Made by a program: the position numbers and the translations under genes. From an uncultured Bacteroidota bacterium (GTDB lineage: Bacteria > Bacteroidota > Ignavibacteria > UBA10030 > UBA6906): DNA of 64,000 bases. The notes under the pieces are model-generated. The model did not search any database and was not told the origin of the DNA. It saw only the letters and a list, made by a program, of their open reading frames with translations. Shown piece after piece: positions 1-9,410 of this stretch. How positions within the stretch are numbered: position 1 is the first letter of the stretch; the number at the start of each line of letters is the position of its first letter. Where the stretch lies: assembly GCA_963714855.1 (NCBI GenBank), contig CAVQPT010000014.1, forward strand, positions 112,569-176,568. The letters run 5' to 3'.

Positions 1-829
1 TGACTTCCGCAAGAACCTCTCTACTCGCGAACCGTTTGAGCCGGCCGCGGAAAAATACGTCCACATTGTTGAGCATGAGGCCGAAAATCAGGATAAACAC
101 CAGCGCGGCCAGATGGAGCATCTTCCCCGCCGCATAGAGAAGCACCAGCAGGGAGATCAGGAAAAACAGCTTCGCACCTTTGCCCATCGATTGCAGGATG
201 ACGATGAGCAGAAAACTGATAGCAAACCCCAGGAGCGTTGACGCGCCAATATTTACCATCACCTCAAGGGAAAGTGAGACGGCAGACCCGCCGTCAGCCA
301 TGCCGAGGGTGATGTTGAACAGAAGAATTCCGAGGATATCTGAAATCGTGCTCTCGTACACGAGAAATTCGCGCCTTGTCTCGTCCAGGCTTCTGATGCT
401 GGGGATAACGATGGCACTGCTCAGGACGGAAAGAGGTATGGCGAAGAGAAACGCCCGGAACGGGTCCAGCGCAATCGTCGCATGCAGAAGGTACGCGATA
501 GCAAACGTTGACGCGAGCAAGCCCACCAGGGCTACGACAAAAGCCCTGATAATTGTCGATCGTTTTTCCCTGGAGAGTTTGAGATCGAGCGCCGCCTCCA
601 GGACGATCATGATGAGTCCCACGAGCCCCACAATCTCCAGCACCTGAAAGATCTGACCGGCGGTGTCGACATGGATCGCTTCGAGCAACTGCTCGATGCC
701 GACCCCGAGGGCGATCAGGAGCAGAACGCTGGGAATGTTCGTCTTGCGGCTAAGCCCACCGAAGAGGTGGGAAAAAATGAGCACGGCGCACGCCGCCATG
801 ACGAGGACATGAGAATTGAAGTAGTCCAT
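1..829 (-). CDS. cation:proton antiporter (Na+/H+ exchanger family), N-terminal part; 3' end runs off the window
   Basis: Absent from the ORF track because no stop lies inside the window. My reverse-complement translation from ATG (complement of 827-829) reads MDYFNSHVLVMAACAVLIFSHLFGGLSRKTNIPSVLLLIALGVGIEQLL...YESTISDILGILLFN... with no stop down to position 1. It is multi-TM with a typical CPA-type N-terminus. The + ORF 180..647 is its antisense shadow. Confidence 0.8.
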   Translation of the reverse strand, partial: MDYFNSHVLVMAACAVLIFSHLFGGLSRKTNIPSVLLLIALGVGIEQLLEAIHVDTAGQIFQVLEIVGLVGLIMIVLEAALDLKLSREKRSTIIRAFVVALVGLLASTFAIAYLLHATIALDPFRAFLFAIPLSVLSSAIVIPSIRSLDETRREFLVYESTISDILGILLFNITLGMADGGSAVSLSLEVMVNIGASTLLGFAISFLLIVILQSMGKGAKLFFLISLLVLLYAAGKMLHLAALVFILIFGLMLNNVDVFFRGRLKRFASREVLAEV

Positions 830-892
830 CTTTCTTTGTACCTTTACTGTAGTACCACGGTCTCCCCTCAAGGTAGGAAAGATTCGCCGCAC

Positions 893-3800
893 ATGCCAGG
901 TTCTCCAAAATTCGGAACCTTTAGCGGGGTGTTCACGCCTTCCATTCTGACGATCCTCGGCGTGATCATGTTTCTGCGGCTCCCGATGATCATCGGAGAG
1001 GCCGGACTGCTCGCGGCCATCGGCATTATTGTCGTCGCCCACACGATCTCCCTGACGACGGGTCTGAGCGTCTCCTCCATTGCGACGGACAAGAAGGTGC
1101 AGGCGGGGGGAACCTACTACATGATCTCCCGCAGCCTGGGCTTACCCATTGGAGGAACACTTGGCATTGCTCTCTTCATCGGACTTTCGTTCAGCGTCAG
1201 TCTGTACCTCATCGGGTTTGCAGAGAGCTTCGTCGCATACTGGGGGTTAGAACCCACGCGGGACACAATCCGCCTGACCGGCACGATTGTCCTGGTGGTT
1301 GTTTCGACGGTCACACTGATAAGCACATCGCTGGCGATCAAGACTCAGTACTTCATCATGGCTGCGATCGTCCTCTCGCTTCTTTCGGTTCTGCTGGGCC
1401 GGCACGGATTCACACCTTCAGAACCTCTCCTGCTAAACCCCGGGAGCACGATTCCGCTCATGGTCCTTTTCGGAATTTACTTTCCGGCTGTCACGGGATT
1501 CGAAGCAGGGGTTTCGATGTCAGGCGACCTGCGCGATCCCAAGAAGTCCATACCGACCGGCACCATAGCGGCCATCGCCATGGGGTTCGTCGTCTACATT
1601 GGTCTTGCCACCTTCCTGGCGTTTACCGTTGACGGCGCGAAGCTGGCGACGGACCCTGAAGTGCTCCTGGATATCTCCCTTTTTCCCCAACTTGTAGTCG
1701 CGGGAATCTGGGGGGCGACGCTCTCCTCCGCATTCGGGAGCATCCTGGGCGCCCCCCGTATCCTCCAGGCGGCGGCTTCGGACCGGATCGCCCCCTCCCT
1801 GTTCTCTCGCGGATCCGGTCCCGCCAGGGAACCACGGAACGCCCTGTTGCTTACAGTCCTGATCGCCGAGGGGGGCATTCTCATCGGCGAGCTCAATATT
1901 ATCGCCAGAATCGTCTCGATTTTTTTCATAACGACGTATGGATTTCTCAATCTGAGCTGTGCTTTCGAGGTCTGGACCAGTGCTGACTTCCGGCCGGAAT
2001 TCCGGTCCCCCGTGTGGGTCAGCCTCCTCGGCGCCATTGCGTGTGTCGTTGTCATGATCCAACTTGACTTCGCGGCAATGGTGGGGGGCATTCTCCTCCT
2101 GGGCGGGCTGTTTGCCCTGCTCAAGCGGAAAGAACTCCGGCTCGAGACAGGCGACGCCTGGAGCAGTGTGTGGGCTTCGCTGGTCAAGTCCGGCATTGAA
2201 CGACTCACCCGGGAGACCACCCACCAACGAAACTGGCGCCCGAATATCATCATGTTCCGCGGAGAAGCGGACGATCGTTCCCATCTCCAGAATCTTGGCG
2301 CCGCCATCACCGGACGCCTCGGCGTCCTGAGCAATTTTGAGCTTTCACACGGAGAAGCTGACGGGGCGCGGCGTCTCGAACCTCTGGAACCGGTTGATAA
2401 CGCTCCGGTGCACACCCTGCGCCACTACTGCACGGACGTGTACGCCGGCATGAAGGAGATCATCCGATTGTATGGATTCTCCGGCGTGCACCCGAACACC
2501 GTCCTCATGGGGTGGAGCAAACAGGTCAAGTCCCGGCCAAAATTTCTGGATGTGGTCCGCACCGTCATGAAGAGTGATATGAACGTTGTATTGCTCCGTC
2601 ATCATCCAACCAGGCAGTTTGGGGATGCCACGACGCTGGACGTATGGTGGGACGGCCGTGGATCAGACCTCTCGTTTGCCATTACGTTGTTGCGTTACCT
2701 GTCCACCTCCGTCATGTGGCAAACTGCGCGGATGCGATTGCTGGTCGTTAATGATGATGCCAGCCGGACGGAGAAGGTGTACCGCACGCTCCACCGGACT
2801 CTGCGCGATTACCGCATGGAGATAGAGGTCCGCATTATCGAACGTGAACAGCATCAGCTTTCGATTGAGGAAATCATCCAGCGTGAAAGTGGCGGGGCAG
2901 ACCTGACGATCATAGGTCTCGCCGGCACAACACCCGATCGCCTGGAAGTTGCGGTCGAGCGTTTGGAAGGACTGTTCGAGGTCCTGGGCTCCGTCATCAT
3001 TGTCCACGGCTCTTCACAGTTCGAGGACCTCGATATCGGAATCGCAGACGAGAATGAAGAGACGATAGCGCCCCTTGGTGATTCCGAAATCCAGCTTCCT
3101 CCTGTCCCTTCATCCCGATCCCCCCTCCTCAGTGAAGATCTGCAGAAACTGGAAGCCAACGGCGACCGCGTGCTCCGGCTGCTCTTCGAGCGGGGAATAG
3201 CCACGTGGTTCACCGAGGAACGGAGGCTGATTGCGGCCCTCAGCGATATCGGACTGACGTTTCATGATGCGCTCGATCGCGCAAGCCGTTTTCCGGATCC
3301 ATTCCGGCGTCGCAAGGCGATCGTGAGAATCCAGAACGAGTACTTGTTCCGGTGCCGATCGCTCGTCACATCGATCAATGACGACATTCTTCCGACGCAA
3401 CGGGATTCGCTTGCCGCTGCGCTCGACGAATATGCTGAACGTCTCGCGCGGGATGCTGCACGCATCCCAGCATCGTTCCGCATGATATATTCCCGGGAGG
3501 ATTTGCAGCCCACACCGGATGATACCGCAATGATCAGAGTTCGGAAGGCTGGACACAGGATGGTTCACGGCGTGCTGGGGTATCCGGCAACCCGCTCGGT
3601 TCCCTATCGCAAGACCGCCGAACATCATCTGCTGCACACACGGCATGTTTTCCTCAAGGCCTTTCTCCAGCAATTCTTGGATGCGACGATGAAGTCGCTC
3701 TCTGCCATCAAATCCGAAATGCTGGGCCTTGCTGCCAGTTTTCACGAGCTTGAGGTCAACCTTACCTCTCGTGGATGGCGGGAGGAAGATGTGGACCAGA

Positions 3801-5959
3801 TCATGGCCGCCTTCCGCACGGGCATGGAGTCTCTTGACACTGCTGCCGTCGCGCGGCACCGATTGTACAACCATCGGTTGCACTTGGAATTCCGGAATGC
3901 GCTCGTGGCTCTGCGGGACGAGATGGAACGGTTCGGGGGCACTCCCCACTCCAGACGTCAGCGGGTCTCCCCGAAGGTCTATAAAGAGCTGATTCGCGTC
4001 AACAGAACATTTGCGGACACGTGGATGCAGGATGTCCGCCTGGTCGCGGAAAAGGTCACCCTCGATATCGCTCTCGCTTCTCTCCAGGGTCGCGTCAACG
4101 ACCGTGCCGAGGAACTGCTCACGGAGATCCACCGGAGAATCGACGCACATGTTCTCTCACCTCTCGCACGAGTGCGGGAGAAGTTCCACCAGGCACTGAA
4201 GCAGGGAACGGACGTCTCAGCCGAGTTCGAGGTTGAACCGTCATTTGGCTTCCTCGAGAGTCTCGACGAAGCACGTGAAGATATCCATGATCTGACACGC
4301 ACACTGCCCGAGTCGATGCTGGTCTGTGACGAGGAGGGAAGTGCGGACGGAGGACTAGAAGCTGTCGAAGTCCCGGCCGTCAGGCTCGCACAGCACCACC
4401 TTGAATCGCTGTTCGTCAGTCCGGTTCAGCAATACCTCACCGAAGCGGGGGAACAGCTCCGGAAGAGCGCATATGCGATAAAGGACCAGGTAAACCTCAC
4501 CAAATTCGAGGTGGACAATATTGATCGTGATACCGCAGACCGTGCGTCTGCGCTCTCGGCGATCGTAACAAGCGCTCTGTCTTTTCTTGAACGCGAGCAG
4601 AAACACCTGGGTGAACTCAAGAAGCAGGTCTCGTCGGTAACGCGAACGGCGGTGGAACAATCCTACTCTCCCCTGGCTCCACACATGATCGTGAAGAGTG
4701 CGGTTGATCTCCAGGATGTTCTTCGTGGATACAAAGGCCGGTGGATGCGTTCGTCTTTTGATCGGTATGCGAAGCTCGGGCGGGACTTCCTGGAGAACAA
4801 CCTGGTCCGGCTCATCTACAGTAGGAGCGTGGGAGTGCTCATGGCGGGCAAAACCGGCCTGTCGTCAACCGCGCCGATAGCGGAAGTGCAGAAGCTCGTG
4901 GCATCCGTGACGCCAAAACCCGAAGTCATCAAGAGTCTGCCCCAATTCTACGCAAACCTGTTCAGCGGCAAGTCCACCATCGGCGAGGAATTCTGGGTCC
5001 CCCGGAAAACGGAGGAGGACGCGTTTGCCCGGGCGGTGCGCCGGTTTCGGGCAGGTGGCCAGGGGGCGGTCCTCCTGCTTGGAAGCAGGAACGCGGGGAA
5101 GACGTCATTCTGCAGGCGGGTCGATGCGACGAACTTCACGAAGGGCAGCCAATTCCATGTCTTCCCGCCGCGGGAGGGATCCGTTGACCGGACGGTGTTC
5201 GCCGCAACGCTTGCCCACGTCACCCGTTTCTCCGGGGACGCGTCTGAGATTCTGCGCTCTCTTCCGCACGGGAGCGCCGTGTTCCTTCATGATATCGAAC
5301 TCTGGTTCGAACGCAGTTCCACCGGGCTCGACGTGCTTTCCGAGATTCACTCCCTGATCGAATCGTTCTCAAGGGACTTAATGATTGTGTTGAATACAAG
5401 TCCGGCCGCGTTTTCGGTGATACGACACCTCGAACCGCTCCACGAAGTGTGCACCGAAGTGATCCACATTGCCCCCATGTCGGCCGAAGACCTCAAGACC
5501 ATGATCATGCTCCGTCATGCGTCGAGTGGAATGCAGTACCGCCTCGGCCGGCGATCAGAGGAGGAATTGTCCGGATATCTTACGGCACGACTCTTCGATG
5601 CGTGCTTCCGGGCCTCCGACGGCAACCCCGGCACCGCTCTCAATGCATGGCTCTCGTGCATCATTCGCGTGAACGAACGGGTGCTGGAGATACGGAAGGC
5701 GGACGTGGTGTCGCCAGAGCTGCTCGGCACCCTCGACCCTGACTGGCTCGTGATCCTTGCGCAGGTCGTGATTCACAAGCGGCTGACGATCGCCAAGGCC
5801 GAGCGGATTACCGCCATGAACAGTGAAGCGGTACAGAGAACAATTCGCAGGATGACCACCGTCGGGCTGCTCCACGAGCGATCACCGGGCGTCTATACAA
5901 TAAATCCGTACATCGACAGGCTGGTGCACAAGCTCCTCGAGGAAAGACAGATACTATGA
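893..5959 (+). CDS. SLC12-like cation-chloride cotransporter (amino acid permease fold) fused to a ~970-aa C-terminal extension with a P-loop NTPase and a winged-helix-like tail
   Basis: ORF 671..5959. The first plausible start is ATG 893 (MPGSPKFGTFSGVFTPSILTILGVIMFLRLP, a conserved SLC12/AA_permease N-terminus). The polytopic TM region runs to ~2130. An SLC12-type cytoplasmic domain follows (NWRPNIIMFRG, HPNTVLMGW, DVWWDG.GSDLSFAITLLRYL) to ~3030. After a long helical region come Walker A GSRNAGKT (5081-5104) and a Walker-B-like VFLHDIE (5279-5299). Confidence 0.8.
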   Translation: MPGSPKFGTFSGVFTPSILTILGVIMFLRLPMIIGEAGLLAAIGIIVVAHTISLTTGLSVSSIATDKKVQAGGTYYMISRSLGLPIGGTLGIALFIGLSFSVSLYLIGFAESFVAYWGLEPTRDTIRLTGTIVLVVVSTVTLISTSLAIKTQYFIMAAIVLSLLSVLLGRHGFTPSEPLLLNPGSTIPLMVLFGIYFPAVTGFEAGVSMSGDLRDPKKSIPTGTIAAIAMGFVVYIGLATFLAFTVDGAKLATDPEVLLDISLFPQLVVAGIWGATLSSAFGSILGAPRILQAAASDRIAPSLFSRGSGPAREPRNALLLTVLIAEGGILIGELNIIARIVSIFFITTYGFLNLSCAFEVWTSADFRPEFRSPVWVSLLGAIACVVVMIQLDFAAMVGGILLLGGLFALLKRKELRLETGDAWSSVWASLVKSGIERLTRETTHQRNWRPNIIMFRGEADDRSHLQNLGAAITGRLGVLSNFELSHGEADGARRLEPLEPVDNAPVHTLRHYCTDVYAGMKEIIRLYGFSGVHPNTVLMGWSKQVKSRPKFLDVVRTVMKSDMNVVLLRHHPTRQFGDATTLDVWWDGRGSDLSFAITLLRYLSTSVMWQTARMRLLVVNDDASRTEKVYRTLHRTLRDYRMEIEVRIIEREQHQLSIEEIIQRESGGADLTIIGLAGTTPDRLEVAVERLEGLFEVLGSVIIVHGSSQFEDLDIGIADENEETIAPLGDSEIQLPPVPSSRSPLLSEDLQKLEANGDRVLRLLFERGIATWFTEERRLIAALSDIGLTFHDALDRASRFPDPFRRRKAIVRIQNEYLFRCRSLVTSINDDILPTQRDSLAAALDEYAERLARDAARIPASFRMIYSREDLQPTPDDTAMIRVRKAGHRMVHGVLGYPATRSVPYRKTAEHHLLHTRHVFLKAFLQQFLDATMKSLSAIKSEMLGLAASFHELEVNLTSRGWREEDVDQIMAAFRTGMESLDTAAVARHRLYNHRLHLEFRNALVALRDEMERFGGTPHSRRQRVSPKVYKELIRVNRTFADTWMQDVRLVAEKVTLDIALASLQGRVNDRAEELLTEIHRRIDAHVLSPLARVREKFHQALKQGTDVSAEFEVEPSFGFLESLDEAREDIHDLTRTLPESMLVCDEEGSADGGLEAVEVPAVRLAQHHLESLFVSPVQQYLTEAGEQLRKSAYAIKDQVNLTKFEVDNIDRDTADRASALSAIVTSALSFLEREQKHLGELKKQVSSVTRTAVEQSYSPLAPHMIVKSAVDLQDVLRGYKGRWMRSSFDRYAKLGRDFLENNLVRLIYSRSVGVLMAGKTGLSSTAPIAEVQKLVASVTPKPEVIKSLPQFYANLFSGKSTIGEEFWVPRKTEEDAFARAVRRFRAGGQGAVLLLGSRNAGKTSFCRRVDATNFTKGSQFHVFPPREGSVDRTVFAATLAHVTRFSGDASEILRSLPHGSAVFLHDIELWFERSSTGLDVLSEIHSLIESFSRDLMIVLNTSPAAFSVIRHLEPLHEVCTEVIHIAPMSAEDLKTMIMLRHASSGMQYRLGRRSEEELSGYLTARLFDACFRASDGNPGTALNAWLSCIIRVNERVLEIRKADVVSPELLGTLDPDWLVILAQVVIHKRLTIAKAERITAMNSEAVQRTIRRMTTVGLLHERSPGVYTINPYIDRLVHKLLEERQIL

Positions 5960-6708
5960 AGGTGATATCCGTTCTGATCGCCGGAGGAGCACTGGTGCTG
6001 GTTCAGATATTGATAGGCCGTGCCGCGCACCTCATACCTCTCTCCGGTACCGTCCGCCGGAAACTCGCGCGAATCCGTCCGGGCTTCTTCTTCCTGCTCT
6101 GGGTGCTGTTCGGATTCTGGGCTCTTCAGACGCTGATTGCTGATTCTCCGTTCTATACAGTACTGGCCGGAGGACTCGTCGGAGTGCTGGTCGTGCTGTT
6201 CGCGTGGTTCATCCTTCGGGATCTCGTGGCAGGCGTAATCTTCTCCACAAAGCATCCTGATTCTTTGAATCGGCGCATCAGGGCGGGCGGAGTAACGGGC
6301 AGGGTTCTGAAAGCCGGGCTCACGGGGCTCCAGGTCGCGGCTGACGGCGGGGAAGTTCTTTCGGTCCCGTATAGCAACCTTGTCGGCGAGGTGGCCGTGG
6401 AGAACGCCCAGGATCAATCCTTACCGCGTTTCCGGACCACCCTCTCTCTTGCGGGGATCTCGGGAGACGTCGATAGCGTGCGGAAGGACATCCAGAAGGA
6501 AATTCTTCTCTCACCCTGGGTGAACCATCGCCATTTGCCTTCCGTCCGCCTTCTCGGTGGCGGAGACCACCGCACGGCGGAAGTAGAATTCCACTGCCTG
6601 AATGGCCATCACGCCGCTATGGTGGACGAACGGTTGCGCTCCCGTTATACAGTGATCCGTGCCGGCGCCCCTGGATTTCAGGATCCCGTCGCCACATCTC
6701 CCCCCTGA
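5956..6708 (+). CDS. small MscS-like mechanosensitive-channel family membrane protein (divergent)
   Basis: ATG 5956 overlaps the stop of the upstream gene (ATGA). Three predicted TM helices are followed by LRDLVAGVIFSTKHPDSLNRRIRAGGVTGRVLKAGLTGLQVAADGGEVLSVPYSNLVGEVAVEN. This fits the MscS TM3/beta-domain pattern (..aG..i...PF..GD.I...g..G.V..i.l..T.l...dG....iPNs.l). The family call is pattern-based only. Confidence 0.5.
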   Translation: MKVISVLIAGGALVLVQILIGRAAHLIPLSGTVRRKLARIRPGFFFLLWVLFGFWALQTLIADSPFYTVLAGGLVGVLVVLFAWFILRDLVAGVIFSTKHPDSLNRRIRAGGVTGRVLKAGLTGLQVAADGGEVLSVPYSNLVGEVAVENAQDQSLPRFRTTLSLAGISGDVDSVRKDIQKEILLSPWVNHRHLPSVRLLGGGDHRTAEVEFHCLNGHHAAMVDERLRSRYTVIRAGAPGFQDPVATSPP

Positions 6709-6768
6709 ACCGTCCCGCCGTGGGCCGCGGTCTGCCTCTGGCCCATCGTTATTGCAGGTTCCGCCCGG

Positions 6769-7734
6769 CTATTTCATCACGTTCTCGCACGGGATCTTCA
6801 TCGGATCCCCTATCCCGTCGAACCGCGTTGGCTGGTATTTGTTGCCAGCGTAGTCCTGCTGAAAGGTCACGAGCTGCCATGCCGTGCATGAACCGTCGCT
6901 ATTCTTGACGGCAATCGTCGCCCGGATGTACCGATGGAGAATGATGCCCGTGACAGGATGCCTCCGGACCATCCAATCCGGATCAATGATGACGACCCGC
7001 AGGATATCCCCTTTGACGCGATCTCTATATGTTTGCGACGCTTTGAAGGCTTTGATCATTTCCGCTTCAAGTCCTCTGTCAGTGCGTGCCGCCTTCGGCA
7101 TCGCTGCCGCCTTCGTCTTGCTTTCGGATGCAGCGGCATTCAGCTCCCTCGCAAGCTTCTTGTAGGACGCGAATTCTTTCCCTTTGATGACAAATTTCCC
7201 CTCCGCTACGTCATTGTAGTTGCACTTCACCCTCACGATGATCGTATGGTCCCCCGGCTCGAGCTTGGCAAGCGCCTCGGCAAACCGTACGGGACCCGAG
7301 AACGTGCTTCCGAACTTCTTGTATTCCAGCTCCGGTGTGCCGTACGCGGTTATCGCCTGTGCTGTCGGAACTATGTCCAGCAGGAGATACTTCTGCTGAA
7401 CAGCGTCGCCCGACACCATCAGTGAGCTCGTTTCGAGCTGCATCTCACTCGGCTGCTGATAGTCATACAGCGGCGGCTTCAGCTCATACACAAAGACCTC
7501 CATACCCATCTTCTTTGCCCCTGCAGTCCGGCCCATGTCTTGAATCGCCTTGTCGAAGAAGGCCACAGCATAAATATTGTCCCCGGCCTGGAATGCGGCG
7601 GCGAGACCCGACGGGCTCGACGTTTTGATCATGTCCTTTGAAAAGACAATTTCACCCGCCTTCTGGGCATTGACGTCGACTGTGAGAGTACAAAGGAAAA
7701 ATGCGAGAGAGCATACAAGGAGTACGGGATTCAT
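6769..7734 (-). CDS. hypothetical exported protein
   Basis: ORF 6769..7800. An internal ATG at 7734 gives a clean signal peptide, MNPVLLVCSLAFFLCTLTVDVNAQ. I recognised no family. Confidence 0.6.
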   Translation of the reverse strand: MNPVLLVCSLAFFLCTLTVDVNAQKAGEIVFSKDMIKTSSPSGLAAAFQAGDNIYAVAFFDKAIQDMGRTAGAKKMGMEVFVYELKPPLYDYQQPSEMQLETSSLMVSGDAVQQKYLLLDIVPTAQAITAYGTPELEYKKFGSTFSGPVRFAEALAKLEPGDHTIIVRVKCNYNDVAEGKFVIKGKEFASYKKLARELNAAASESKTKAAAMPKAARTDRGLEAEMIKAFKASQTYRDRVKGDILRVVIIDPDWMVRRHPVTGIILHRYIRATIAVKNSDGSCTAWQLVTFQQDYAGNKYQPTRFDGIGDPMKIPCENVMK

Positions 7735-7893
7735 TCGGGTCTCCGTTGGATGATTGGTGGTGATCGTTGAGGAAGGGTTCTCGAGAGAACAGTAGGACAA
7801 TGGAAAATGTATTAAGCCTTTTGGAATAGTGCAAGCGAAAGCCGCTCCCTTCTCTACCCATCCGCAGACTTGTCTTTTCGACGGGAATCACGT

Positions 7894-9363
7894 ATGTTTT
7901 TCGGACACAGATTCACCCGCGTCCCGACACTGCAGGAGCCGACAGTGAGTCAAAGGAATCAGGAGCAGCCGCAGCTGCTTCGCGCCCTCGGGCTGAAAGA
8001 AGGGATCGCGTTGCACATGGGCGTGATGATCGGCTCAGGGATTTTCCTCGTCCCCGCGACCATCGCCGGGCATCTGCACGCCATGGGCCCGATCATGCTC
8101 GTCTGGGTGGTCGCCGGAATGCTGTCGCTGTTCGGGGCACTTTCCCTCGCGGAGCTGAGCTCTGTCCTCCCCCAGGCCGGCGGACCGTACGTCTACCTGC
8201 GCCACAGCTTCGGGCGCGTGTGGGGATATATGTTCAGCTGGAATGATTTCTTCATCAACAAGGCAGGGTCGGCCGCCGCGGTTGCAATAGCCTTCTCCAC
8301 GTATCTCGGTTACTTCATCCCTGCCGTCAGCCCCGAGAACGCCTTCTACCGCAGTGAGTACCTGTTCCTCGGCGAGCATATGGAGTTTGCTTTCGGCTGG
8401 ACCCAGATCACCGCAATTCTGACCATACTGCTTGTGACATTTATCAACATCCGGGGAGTCCGGTTCGGCGCCTGGGTGATGAACTTCTTCACGACAGCAA
8501 AAGTGGCTGCGCTCCTGGGCCTGATCCTCGCCGTGGTGCTCTCCGGAAAAGGGAGCAGCCAGAACTTCCTCCCGTGGTGGCCGGCGGAATGGACCGGGCA
8601 GATGACCGCCGCGTTCGGCCTTGCGATGATCTCGGCATTGTGGACGTACGACGGCTGGATCGACGTCACCCTGACGGCCGGGGAGTTCAAGAACCCCGAA
8701 CGCAATGTCCCCTTCTCCCTTCTGTTCGGTACACTTGCCGTGATCGCGCTCTATCTCGCAGCCAACCTGGCCTACGCCTATGCGATCCCACTCGACCAGA
8801 TGGCCGGGTCGACGCGGATCGCAGCCGATGTCGCCGGCGCAGTGCTGGGCCCGGTGGGAGTCTCATTGATCATCATCGGCATCATGGCGTCGACATTCGG
8901 GACGACCAACGGCATGTTGCTCTCCGGACCGCGATCGCTGTATGCAGCCGGGGCCGACGGCACGATCGCAAAAGCCTTCGGGAAAGTCCATCCGCATTAC
9001 CGCAGCCCGTATATCGCAATCGCAACGCTTGGAGTCTGGGGGGCGATTCTAACCATGAGCGGGTCGTACGATCAGATAACATCGTATGTCGTGTTCGGGT
9101 CCTGGGCCTTCTATGCACTCACGGCAATCGGTGTCATCGTCCTCCGCCGGAAGATGCCCGATGCCAAACGGCCGTACAGGGTGTGGGCGTACCCGTATGT
9201 GACCCTCCTGTTCGTTGCCCTCGCGGGGTGGTTTGTGTACAACACCCTCGTTGAGGACACACGCAACGCGCTGATCGGCATCGTGCTGCTCCTCATTTCC
9301 CTCCCACTCTATTATTACTGGACGCGAAAAGCGAGGCGTGATGACGCAGGGACGTCTCTCTGA
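7894..9363 (+). CDS. APC-superfamily amino acid permease
   Basis: ORF 7870..9363 (TTG); the first ATG is 7894. About 12 TM segments. The N-terminal signature is LGLKEGIALHMGVMIGSGIFLVPATIAG, with an overall amino acid/polyamine transporter pattern. Confidence 0.85.
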   Translation: MFFGHRFTRVPTLQEPTVSQRNQEQPQLLRALGLKEGIALHMGVMIGSGIFLVPATIAGHLHAMGPIMLVWVVAGMLSLFGALSLAELSSVLPQAGGPYVYLRHSFGRVWGYMFSWNDFFINKAGSAAAVAIAFSTYLGYFIPAVSPENAFYRSEYLFLGEHMEFAFGWTQITAILTILLVTFINIRGVRFGAWVMNFFTTAKVAALLGLILAVVLSGKGSSQNFLPWWPAEWTGQMTAAFGLAMISALWTYDGWIDVTLTAGEFKNPERNVPFSLLFGTLAVIALYLAANLAYAYAIPLDQMAGSTRIAADVAGAVLGPVGVSLIIIGIMASTFGTTNGMLLSGPRSLYAAGADGTIAKAFGKVHPHYRSPYIAIATLGVWGAILTMSGSYDQITSYVVFGSWAFYALTAIGVIVLRRKMPDAKRPYRVWAYPYVTLLFVALAGWFVYNTLVEDTRNALIGIVLLLISLPLYYYWTRKARRDDAGTSL

Positions 9364-9410
9364 TGCCCCCGGCGACGACATCCCGGCAGTCTCACGAAGG
9401 GAGCGAACCT

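Noticed and set aside
180-647. 155-aa + strand ORF (MPIDCRMTMSRK...)
   Set aside because: It lies antisense to a clearly homologous cation:proton antiporter that is open on the minus strand from 829 to the window edge. The sequence is low-complexity Arg/Ser-rich and shows no motif.
671-892. N-terminal 74 codons of ORF 671..5959
   Set aside because: They overlap the divergent antiporter start and the intergenic region, and they show no similarity to transporter N-termini. The conserved SLC12 N-terminus begins at ATG 893.
1520-4150. Long minus-strand ORFs (1520..2284, 1594..2415, 3110..4150) inside the CCC gene
   Set aside because: These are antisense shadows typical of GC-rich coding DNA. 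They are Arg/Pro/Gly/Ser-rich with no motifs, while the + frame has strong family signatures.
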